Shown here: piece by piece, positions 19,163 to 27,138 of the stretch
How the letters are laid out: every line of letters starts with the position of its first letter
How positions within the stretch are numbered: the stretch's first letter is position 1
Origin: Muribaculaceae bacterium
GTDB lineage: Bacteria > Bacteroidota > Bacteroidia > Bacteroidales > Muribaculaceae
Assembly: GCA_029061925.1 (NCBI GenBank)
Contig: JAIDRE010000059.1
Coordinates: 2,193-66,192 of the forward strand
Direction of reading: 5' to 3'
Length of the DNA stretch: 64,000 nt
Translations under genes and position numbers: made by a program
Notes under the pieces: model-generated
Seen by the model: only the letters and a program-made list of their open reading frames with translations
Database searches by the model: none
Told to the model about the DNA's origin: nothing

Positions 19163-20842
19163 ATGAAAAAACTTCTTATTGGCGCTATCGCCGTTTTTCT
19201 ATTTTTTTCTTTAGTCGCTTCTCGCGCCGAAACTCGTAGCCCCAAACAAGATATCAGTCGCAATCTTGACATATTCACAACTATTTACAAGGAATTGCAA
19301 ACCGCCTATGTTGACACTATCGACGTCAACAAATCAATGCGCACTGCTATCGACGCAATGCTCAACCGCATTGACCCTTACACCGAATATATCCCCGAAG
19401 ATGAGCAGGATGCATTCCTCACCATCTCTACCGGCGAATATGGCGGTATCGGTTCGTATATCAGCTATCGCGACAATAAATACACCTATCTCACCGAGCC
19501 TCAAGACGGCTCCCCCGCCCGCAAAGCCGGTCTCAAAGCCGGTGACCGCATCATCAAAATCGATGGGGACTCTATGATTGGGGTAACATCTGACAAAGTT
19601 AGTAAGCGTCTTATGGGTGAAGCCGGCACCTCGGTCCAAATCACAGTCAGCCGCCCCTATGGTGCATCCGATGGTGGCGATTCAATCATGACCTTCAATG
19701 TCGTTCGCGAAAAAATCAATATCAATCCTGTTCCCTATTACGGAATCATCCGCGACTCAATCGGCTACATTTCACTGACAACCTTCAATGAAAAGAGTGC
19801 CGACCAAGTTAAAGATGCCTTGATTGAACTCAAAAAAGATCCGCGACTTAAAGCAGTTCTCCTTGACCTCCGTGGTAATGGTGGCGGTCTGCTCGAAAGT
19901 GCAGTGAAAATTGTCGGATGGTTTGTTCCCAAAGGTACCGAAGTGCTCCGCACCCGCGGTCGTGACGTACTCAACGAAAAAGTCTATAAGACCACCAACA
20001 AGCCTATCGACATCGAAATTCCGCTTTTCGTAGCCGTTGACGGCGGTTCGGCTTCATCTTCTGAAATCGTTACCGGTGCATTGCAAGATCTTGATCGTGC
20101 CGTAATTGTTGGCAACCGCTCTTTTGGTAAAGGACTTGTTCAAAGCACACGCCCGATTCCCTACAACGGCTTGCTCAAAATCACCGTTGCAAAATACTAT
20201 ATCCCCTCGGGACGACTCATACAGGCTATCGATTACAGCCGACGCAACCCCGACGGTAGTGTTGCCCGCATCCCCGACAGTCTTACCCACGAGTTTAATA
20301 CAAAAGGCGGTCGCATCGTGCGTGATGGGGGCGGTATCACCCCCGACATCACTGTTCAATATCCCGAAGCCAACCGACTTGTTTTCAACATCGTGCGCGA
20401 CCTTTGGGCTTTTGACTTCGCTACAAAATATGCAGCGACCCACGACACCCTTCCCGTTCCCGAATTATTAGAGATCAACGACTCAATATATAGCGACTTC
20501 AAACGTTTCATCGACCCCGAACGTCTGCAATATGACAAGGTTTGTGAAATCGTGGTGAGCCAGCTCGAAGAAGCCGCCAAGAACGAAGGGTACATGAACG
20601 ACTCTGTCAAAGCTCAGATTGACATTCTCAAAAGCTTGCTCCACCACAACCTGAACAAAGACCTCGACCACAACCGCAAGTCAATTTCGGGTTACCTCGA
20701 ATCAGAACTTGCATCCCGTTACTATCCCCGGAACGGTAACACTCGTATTGCCCTCAAAACCGACCCCGTTATCGACTCGGTGATGACAGTCATTGTGACA
20801 CCCCGAAAATACGAATCTATTCTTTCTCCAAAATCAAAATAA
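19163..20842 (+). CDS. S41 family C-terminal processing peptidase
   Basis: Signal peptide, PDZ domain (GLKAGDRIIKIDG) and S41 catalytic serine context (DGGSASSSEI). Confidence 0.88.
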   Translation: MKKLLIGAIAVFLFFSLVASRAETRSPKQDISRNLDIFTTIYKELQTAYVDTIDVNKSMRTAIDAMLNRIDPYTEYIPEDEQDAFLTISTGEYGGIGSYISYRDNKYTYLTEPQDGSPARKAGLKAGDRIIKIDGDSMIGVTSDKVSKRLMGEAGTSVQITVSRPYGASDGGDSIMTFNVVREKININPVPYYGIIRDSIGYISLTTFNEKSADQVKDALIELKKDPRLKAVLLDLRGNGGGLLESAVKIVGWFVPKGTEVLRTRGRDVLNEKVYKTTNKPIDIEIPLFVAVDGGSASSSEIVTGALQDLDRAVIVGNRSFGKGLVQSTRPIPYNGLLKITVAKYYIPSGRLIQAIDYSRRNPDGSVARIPDSLTHEFNTKGGRIVRDGGGITPDITVQYPEANRLVFNIVRDLWAFDFATKYAATHDTLPVPELLEINDSIYSDFKRFIDPERLQYDKVCEIVVSQLEEAAKNEGYMNDSVKAQIDILKSLLHHNLNKDLDHNRKSISGYLESELASRYYPRNGNTRIALKTDPVIDSVMTVIVTPRKYESILSPKSK

Positions 20843-20860
20843 AACACTTTTTTAGCGACG

Positions 20861-23800
20861 ATGGATTTATCTCAATTGAGAAGTCTCTTCATGTCAAAAA
20901 GCCGATATGAAGCGATTAAAAGTGCATTAAAAAATCCTGACGGCTCTGTTGCCAAAGTCGGTCTCTACAACCTTGCCGGTTCTTCGGCTGCCGTTGCATT
21001 ATCAGGAGTAGATACCGGCGATGTACCGATGCTTGTAATCGGTGACTCTGCCGACGATGCCGGCTATCTCTATCACGACCTCGCCCGACTGCTCGGCGAT
21101 GAGGCTGTCATTATTTTTCCATCAGGCTATAAACGTGACATCAAATATGGTCAGCCCGATCCGCCTGCTCAGGTTGCTCGAACCGAGGCGCTGACGATGT
21201 GGCAGTCAAATCCCGATCTCAAGATTATAGTAACATATCCTGAAGCACTTGCCGAACGTGTTGCCACCCGTGACGACCTGACCGGGCACACCATTACCCT
21301 CAAACTCAATACAGCCATCGACCTTGTTGAGACCGAGAAATGGCTGAGAGAGAACGGATTTGCCGAAGTAGATTATGTTTATGAGCCGGGGCAATTTGCC
21401 GTGCGCGGTTCAATCCTCGACATCTATAGCTATAGCAACGAGCTCCCCTACCGCATCGACTTCTTCGGTGACGAAATCGACTCGATGCGCACATTCAACG
21501 TCGAGACTCAGCTCAGCGTTGACAAAATTGACCAACTATCAATCACCGCCAACGTTAATGCCGGTGCTAAAGACAATGGCATCTCTCTGCTCGAATTTGT
21601 CAACCCGACAACCGTAATTGCCGCTCGCGATGCGTCATACACAATCGAACGTATCCGCGCAATCGCCAACGAAAACTTCTCAATGTCGGCAATCATTGCC
21701 GATGAAGGCGACCCGACTGCGATGGAACACGTCATCGACCCTGACCGCTTTGCCGCCGACCTCAATCGCTTTACTCAAGTCCTTTTTACCTCATCAAACA
21801 CAGCTCCGGCAGGCTGTACCGCGGCAATCGACTTTGACTGCTCACCCCAGGGCTTGTATCACAAAAACTTTGACCTCATCAGCGAATCGTTCACTGAATT
21901 TCTCTCTAAAGACTATAAAATTTACATTCTCAGCGATTCAGCAAAACAAATTGAGCGCCTTCGCGAAATTTTCAAAGACCGCAAGGACGATATCTCTTTT
22001 GAGTCGGTAATGCCAACACTCCACGAGGGCTTTGTTGACCATAAACAAAAACGCTGCATATTCACCGACCATCAGATTTTTGACCGATTCCACAAATACA
22101 GCCTCAAGAGCGACCGCGCTCGTTCGGGCAAGCTCGCCTTGTCACTCAAAGAGTTAGGGTCGATATCGGTCGGCGACTATATCGTTCACGTTGACCACGG
22201 CATCGGCCGTTTTGCCGGACTTGTACGCACCGATATCAACGGCAAGACCCAGGAGATGATTAAGCTCGTTTATCAGAACGACGACATCATTTTCGTGTCG
22301 ATACATTCGCTCCACAAACTCGCCAAATATCGTGGCAAAGAGGGCGTTCCGCCAAAAATCAACAAGCTCGGAACCGGAGCATGGAACAAGATGAAAGAGC
22401 GCACAAAATCTCATCTCAAAGATATTGCCCGCGACCTCATTAAACTATATGCTGCCCGTAAAGATGAAAAAGGATTCAGTTTTTCGCCCGACTCTTTCAT
22501 GCAGCACGAACTCGAAGCAAGCTTCAAATATGAAGACACCCCCGACCAGCTGACTGCCACCCAGGCAGTTAAGGCTGATATGGAAAGCGCACGCCCGATG
22601 GATCGCCTTATCTGCGGTGACGTTGGCTTTGGCAAGACAGAAATTGCGATACGAGCTGCTTTCAAAGCGGCTGCTGACGGCAAACAGACTGCTGTTCTTG
22701 TGCCGACAACAGTCCTTGCCTATCAGCACTATAACACTTTCAAGAAACGACTTAAAGACTTCCCTGTCAAGGTCGATTATCTATCTCGTGCCCGCACACC
22801 CAAACAGGTCAAAGAAATTCTCGACAATCTCGCTGCCGGTAAAATCGACATCATCATCGGAACGCATAAGCTCATCGGTAAGTCAGTGAAATTCAAAGAT
22901 CTCGGATTGCTCGTCATCGACGAGGAACAAAAATTTGGTGTTGCCGTTAAAGAGAAACTAAAACAAATGAAAGTCAATGTCGATACCCTCACGATGTCGG
23001 CAACACCCATCCCCCGAACTCTCCAGTTCTCGCTTATGGGAGCACGAGACCTTTCATCAATCATGACACCGCCGCCAAACCGTTTCCCTGTCGAAACGAC
23101 TGTCGCATCACTAACCGACGACCTCGTTGCCGAAGCCGTCAACTTTGAGCTATCGCGAAACGGTCAGATATTCATTATCAATCCTCGCATCGAAGGCTTG
23201 TATGACCTCCAGGCAATGCTCAAACGAGTTGTGCCTGATGCCCGTACCCTTGTTGCCCACGGTCAGATGCCACCTGCCGACCTCGAAAAAGCCATCATCG
23301 ACTTTGCCAACCACGATTACGACATACTTCTCGCCACAACAATCATCGAGAGCGGCATCGATATGCCGAACGTCAACACAATCATGGTCAACAATGCGCA
23401 GTACTTCGGACTCAGCGAGTTACACCAGCTTCGTGGACGTGTCGGACGTAGCAACCGCAAGGCATTCTGCTATCTCTTCGTTCCACCCCACGTTCCACTC
23501 ACCCCCGTTGCACGTCGCCGTTTACAGGCAATCGAAAGCTTCTCAGAACTCGGTAGCGGTATCCATATCGCAATGCAAGACCTCGACATTCGTGGAGCCG
23601 GCAACCTGCTTGGTGCCGAGCAAAGCGGATTCATCGCCGATCTCGGTTATGAGACATACCAGAAGATATTGAAAGAAGCTGTCACAGAACTCCGCACCGA
23701 AGAATTCAGTGATGTTTATGCCGACGAAGAAACCGACCAAAAAGAATACGTTTCAGACTGTACCGTTGAGAGCGACCTTGAGCTGTTGCTCCCCTCGTTC

Positions 23801-24214
23801 TACGTCCCAACCGAAAGCGAGCGCATCGCCCTATATCAGGAACTCGACAACATCGAGCGCGAAACCGACCTTCAGCAATTCAAAGAAAAACTTCAGGACC
23901 GTTTCGGCAAGATACCCCATGTAACATCCGAGCTTCTGCGTATCCCCCGACTCCGTCGTCTCGCCCGCCAGTTAGGCATCGAAAAAGTGACCCTCAAAAA
24001 CGAGCGAATGTACATCTACTTTGTTGACGAGAGCAACGTCGCCTACTATCAATCGCCAATGTTCGGCCGTCTCCTCAACTACCTGCAAAAAAATCCGCGA
24101 CGCGTCAAAATCCGCGAGAACGCCGGTCGCCGCAGCTTCGCCATCGACCACGTCGAAACCGTCGAAGAAGCCGTCGACATCCTCCAAGAAGTCCACTCGC
24201 TCGAAGCGATATAA
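20861..24214 (+). CDS. mfd: transcription-repair coupling factor
   Basis: 1117 aa with a CarD-like RNAP-interaction domain and SF2 motifs GDVGFGKTE, VIDEEQKFG and QLRGRVGR. Confidence 0.95.
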   Translation: MDLSQLRSLFMSKSRYEAIKSALKNPDGSVAKVGLYNLAGSSAAVALSGVDTGDVPMLVIGDSADDAGYLYHDLARLLGDEAVIIFPSGYKRDIKYGQPDPPAQVARTEALTMWQSNPDLKIIVTYPEALAERVATRDDLTGHTITLKLNTAIDLVETEKWLRENGFAEVDYVYEPGQFAVRGSILDIYSYSNELPYRIDFFGDEIDSMRTFNVETQLSVDKIDQLSITANVNAGAKDNGISLLEFVNPTTVIAARDASYTIERIRAIANENFSMSAIIADEGDPTAMEHVIDPDRFAADLNRFTQVLFTSSNTAPAGCTAAIDFDCSPQGLYHKNFDLISESFTEFLSKDYKIYILSDSAKQIERLREIFKDRKDDISFESVMPTLHEGFVDHKQKRCIFTDHQIFDRFHKYSLKSDRARSGKLALSLKELGSISVGDYIVHVDHGIGRFAGLVRTDINGKTQEMIKLVYQNDDIIFVSIHSLHKLAKYRGKEGVPPKINKLGTGAWNKMKERTKSHLKDIARDLIKLYAARKDEKGFSFSPDSFMQHELEASFKYEDTPDQLTATQAVKADMESARPMDRLICGDVGFGKTEIAIRAAFKAAADGKQTAVLVPTTVLAYQHYNTFKKRLKDFPVKVDYLSRARTPKQVKEILDNLAAGKIDIIIGTHKLIGKSVKFKDLGLLVIDEEQKFGVAVKEKLKQMKVNVDTLTMSATPIPRTLQFSLMGARDLSSIMTPPPNRFPVETTVASLTDDLVAEAVNFELSRNGQIFIINPRIEGLYDLQAMLKRVVPDARTLVAHGQMPPADLEKAIIDFANHDYDILLATTIIESGIDMPNVNTIMVNNAQYFGLSELHQLRGRVGRSNRKAFCYLFVPPHVPLTPVARRRLQAIESFSELGSGIHIAMQDLDIRGAGNLLGAEQSGFIADLGYETYQKILKEAVTELRTEEFSDVYADEETDQKEYVSDCTVESDLELLLPSFYVPTESERIALYQELDNIERETDLQQFKEKLQDRFGKIPHVTSELLRIPRLRRLARQLGIEKVTLKNERMYIYFVDESNVAYYQSPMFGRLLNYLQKNPRRVKIRENAGRRSFAIDHVETVEEAVDILQEVHSLEAI

Positions 24215-24218
24215 CCTC

Positions 24219-24244
24219 AGGCTAATTTAATCAGCTATTAGCCT
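24219..24244 (+). terminator. hairpin immediately after the mfd stop
   Basis: AGGCTAAT-(10 nt)-ATTAGCCT, a perfect 8-bp stem. No U-tract follows, so terminator function is uncertain. Confidence 0.35.
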
Positions 24245-24323
24245 CATAAGTCAAATTAAAACTATCAACCAACCAAGCCTTATAATTAGACCTTATAATA
24301 TTTATGTTCTAAAGCATAAACTC

Positions 24324-24354
24324 TTTGAAACTTAAATAATATTTTATAATTTTG
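24324..24354 (+). promoter_or_regulatory. consensus Bacteroidota promoter of the island operon
   Basis: TTTG (24324-24327), exactly 19 nt, TAATTTTG (24347-24354). The predicted transcription start is about 24359-24362. Two 9-bp direct repeats CCTTATAAT lie upstream at 24278-24286 and 24291-24299. Confidence 0.6.
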
Positions 24355-24359
24355 CACTG

Positions 24360-24490
24360 CAAGTAACGACAATCTGAAAATGACCAGTAAGTAGAATAAA
24401 AGACATACGGCGAGAGCCGAAAACCCTTTAAAACTCCCATGTAGTCGTTACCGGCTTTGGTCAGCCTTCAGATGCTATATTGGGAGTTCT
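24360..24490 (+). promoter_or_regulatory. candidate structured 5' leader / cis-regulatory RNA upstream of the methyltransferase fusion
   Basis: Perfect complements: 24363-24370/24444-24451 (8 bp), 24372-24378/24467-24473 (7 bp), 24381-24386/24458-24463 (6 bp), 24432-24439/24481-24488 (8 bp). There is also a CGGC-GAGA-GCCG hairpin at 24408-24419. Confidence 0.4.
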
Positions 24491-24532
24491 CTGTATAAAA
24501 AACATATCAAAAATAATATTGTAATATCAATA

Positions 24533-27058
24533 ATGAATAAAGATATCCTTTCAGAATTAAAGGACACTCCGGAACAGACATTAGTTGTCGGTCCTTTGGT
24601 TGAATTACTTGTCAAAGGAGGTTGGCAATTAGGTCAAATTATATATGGGAAAAATGAATGGAAAGTACCCAGGACTCCTTCGGAGGCATCTAAACGAGAG
24701 AAAGGCTCTTCTTTCGATTATTTTCCTGTTGATATTGCTGTATTTGATAGTGTTGCTAATTGTGGTGATTATCGCCACCTATTATTCATCATTGAGTGTA
24801 AACAACCTAAGATTGATGTTGGTCTTCAACAACTTGAGACCTACCTTTCTTTAGAGCCTCATGCAAAACTTGGCATATGGGTGAATAACGCAGATGCAAG
24901 TGCAAATGCACTTTTCGTTTATAAAAATGAAAAGGGGCTCCAATTTCCTAAACATAAAAAAGTCAAAGACTTTCCAATTGTAGGTAGCCCTTTGACTCCA
25001 GCCACTGTTTCTCTTACGTTTAATGATCTCGTTATACCAACGAAGGATAGTCTTTACCGTACTTTTTCAGATTTGTTGGACAAGGTGGTTGCACAAGATG
25101 GTAATGTTACCCGTAGGGAAGAACAACTGGATCAACTTTGCAACCTTGTACTCTTAAAACTTGATAGTGACAAGCAAGGAAAGATTGATTCTGAGGCAAC
25201 TGTATATTTTAGGGCCTTTGCTACAGAAAGTGCAACAGCAGACTACATAAAATCAAAATTTAAAAACTTTATAGATGTATATCCAGATATTTTTGTTTCC
25301 AAGTCAGATCAAGAAATACGTTTTGATGATGCGACTATACATGATGTCGTAGAGTGTCTCTCTACTTTCAATCTAATTGATATCGGTGCAGATACTGTTT
25401 CTATTGCTTTTCAAGTTCTACGTAGCGCAGCACTAAAGCAACAAGAGGGTCAATATTTCACACCTAAACAAGTTATTCAAGCAGCCCTTCGTCTTATAGA
25501 AGTATCTCTTGATGACATTATCATGGATCCGGCATGCGGGACAGGTGGATTCCTAATTCAAGCTTTAATAGATATGAAAGAAAGGTATCCAAATCAAGAA
25601 AAGGAGATATCAAGATGGGCACAACTGCATATTTTTGGTATTGATAAAGATGCTATAGGTATAAAACTTACCAAGGCAATAATGCAGATTCTCAATGACG
25701 GTTCTGCTCATTGTGTAAGGGGAGATAGTGTTTTGACTCATACATGGAAAAATAAATATCCTCATTTACTATCAAATCAATTCAAGAATGGGAGATTCAC
25801 AAAAATTTTCACCAATCCTCCTTTTGGTGCTCCTTTAAAGATAAAATATGCTGATGCTAAAAAATCTTCATTGAGTATTGTGGAATATACGGAACAAGGT
25901 AAAGATATTGAATTGGGGCTACTAATGTTCAATAGGTGTGTAGATTTACTAAAAGAGGGTGGTAAATTATGCATTGTTCTTCCTGAAACATACTTTTTTT
26001 CGCCGTCATATAAGTATGTAAGAGAGTGGGCATTTGAAAGATTGAAACCAATTTGCGTTGCAAATGTTCCAATGGATGCATTTCAAGGATTCTGTAGGGC
26101 AAAAACAAATCTTTATATTTTTGAGAAGATATTTGAAGGTCAGTCTAACATTGACTTTGAAAATGATACTGTGGCTTTTATCAATCCAACTTCTTGTGGT
26201 ATTTATAAGAACGGTGCAGATAGATTTGTTGTAGATTCAAATGGAAATCGAACAAATGTAATAGATAATCAGTTGCTTGCTCAAGCCACAGAATATGCTA
26301 ACAAAGATATGAAACATGCTTTTAATATTCCATTGAAAGATGTGCTTAAATCTGGAGTGCTTGTCCCCCAATACTTTGACAAAACGTTACAATATCCATC
26401 TGAAAAATTGTATACATACTTAGGAACTCAGGGAATAAGTATCGGGGAACTTATTGACAAAGGCATTATTCAACTATTTAATGGACACGGAAGCCCTAGC
26501 AATGATCTGAGGAATGGTGAAGTCCCATATGTGAAAGTGTCAGATATTCGCAATTTACGAATTAATGTCAATCCAACTAATCTTATTCCACTTCCATTAG
26601 CGCAAAAGTTTTGGAAATCTGAGGATGGGAAAAGCAACCTTAAAGCATGGGATTTAATTTCTCCGAGTCGTGCGAGTAGTAATATTGGAGAGTTTGCTAT
26701 CCTTTTACCGGGCGAAGAATCTATTGTTCTAACTAAAGAAGTTTTCATTATACGAGTTAATCATAATTCGATTGGAATTACTCCTTTCTACCTTTTATGG
26801 GCTTTAAGCCTTAAAGAAACGCGAAAACAATGGGCTAGGGTTACGCTTATGCAAACTAACCGTGAAGATGTTGGTCAAAGATACCGCGAAATCACAATTC
26901 CTTATCCATTGTCTGCCAGCTGGGCTGATAAAGTATGTAAATCGTTTAGAGATTATTTTGAAGGTATTGCAAAAGCGAAGGCAAACTTTGTTGCAAGTAC
27001 ATCCACAGACGAATTCAACTATATTGCAAGTGTGAGTGCTTTTAATCAGAGTTTGTAA
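24533..27058 (+). CDS. single-chain PD-(D/E)xK-like domain + gamma-class N6-adenine DNA methyltransferase + one TRD (type IIG-like R-M-S fusion)
   Basis: N-terminal FPVD(67)IAVFD...LFIIE(88)CK(90) resembles the HsdR N-terminal nuclease fold. MTase motifs: QYFTPK (aa 307-312), DPACGTGGF (aa 332-340, nt 25526-25552) and NPPF (aa 428-431, nt 25814-25825). The C-terminal roughly 210 aa start like an HsdS TRD (IGELIDKGIIQLFNGHGSPS...GEVPYVKVSDI). Confidence 0.8.
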   Translation: MNKDILSELKDTPEQTLVVGPLVELLVKGGWQLGQIIYGKNEWKVPRTPSEASKREKGSSFDYFPVDIAVFDSVANCGDYRHLLFIIECKQPKIDVGLQQLETYLSLEPHAKLGIWVNNADASANALFVYKNEKGLQFPKHKKVKDFPIVGSPLTPATVSLTFNDLVIPTKDSLYRTFSDLLDKVVAQDGNVTRREEQLDQLCNLVLLKLDSDKQGKIDSEATVYFRAFATESATADYIKSKFKNFIDVYPDIFVSKSDQEIRFDDATIHDVVECLSTFNLIDIGADTVSIAFQVLRSAALKQQEGQYFTPKQVIQAALRLIEVSLDDIIMDPACGTGGFLIQALIDMKERYPNQEKEISRWAQLHIFGIDKDAIGIKLTKAIMQILNDGSAHCVRGDSVLTHTWKNKYPHLLSNQFKNGRFTKIFTNPPFGAPLKIKYADAKKSSLSIVEYTEQGKDIELGLLMFNRCVDLLKEGGKLCIVLPETYFFSPSYKYVREWAFERLKPICVANVPMDAFQGFCRAKTNLYIFEKIFEGQSNIDFENDTVAFINPTSCGIYKNGADRFVVDSNGNRTNVIDNQLLAQATEYANKDMKHAFNIPLKDVLKSGVLVPQYFDKTLQYPSEKLYTYLGTQGISIGELIDKGIIQLFNGHGSPSNDLRNGEVPYVKVSDIRNLRINVNPTNLIPLPLAQKFWKSEDGKSNLKAWDLISPSRASSNIGEFAILLPGEESIVLTKEVFIIRVNHNSIGITPFYLLWALSLKETRKQWARVTLMQTNREDVGQRYREITIPYPLSASWADKVCKSFRDYFEGIAKAKANFVASTSTDEFNYIASVSAFNQSL

Positions 27059-27138
27059 TCAATTTTATAATGAAATCTGACTAAAAACAATGGAGGCCAT
27101 GCCATTTAGTAAATAATTAAGCAGTGTAATCATAATTT

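Noticed and set aside
22777-23672. Long ORFs in alternative frames or on the opposite strand inside mfd (for example 22777-23142 minus, 23127-23672 plus). Similar ones occur inside rpoN (42016-42522), gltD-like (47767-48381), ilvA (46564-47016) and abiEii (32751-33242).
   Set aside because: They lie wholly within strongly supported genes, have low-complexity Ser/Thr/Arg/Pro-rich translations, and show no motifs. They are typical shadow ORFs.
24346-24357. The 12-mer ATAATTTTGCAC occurs near both island edges (24346-24357 and 34347-34358), so it could be an att-like duplication
   Set aside because: The match is essentially the Bacteroidota -7 promoter consensus (TAnnTTTG) plus a few bases. At only 12 nt in AT-rich DNA it is too short and too motif-driven to call an attachment site.
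24215-24532. Possible tRNA/tmRNA fragment or integrase-associated att site at the island's left border
   Set aside because: There is no T-loop (GTTCGAATC-like) or acceptor-stem pattern and no integrase anywhere in the island. The complementary segments are better described as a leader structure (see findings).
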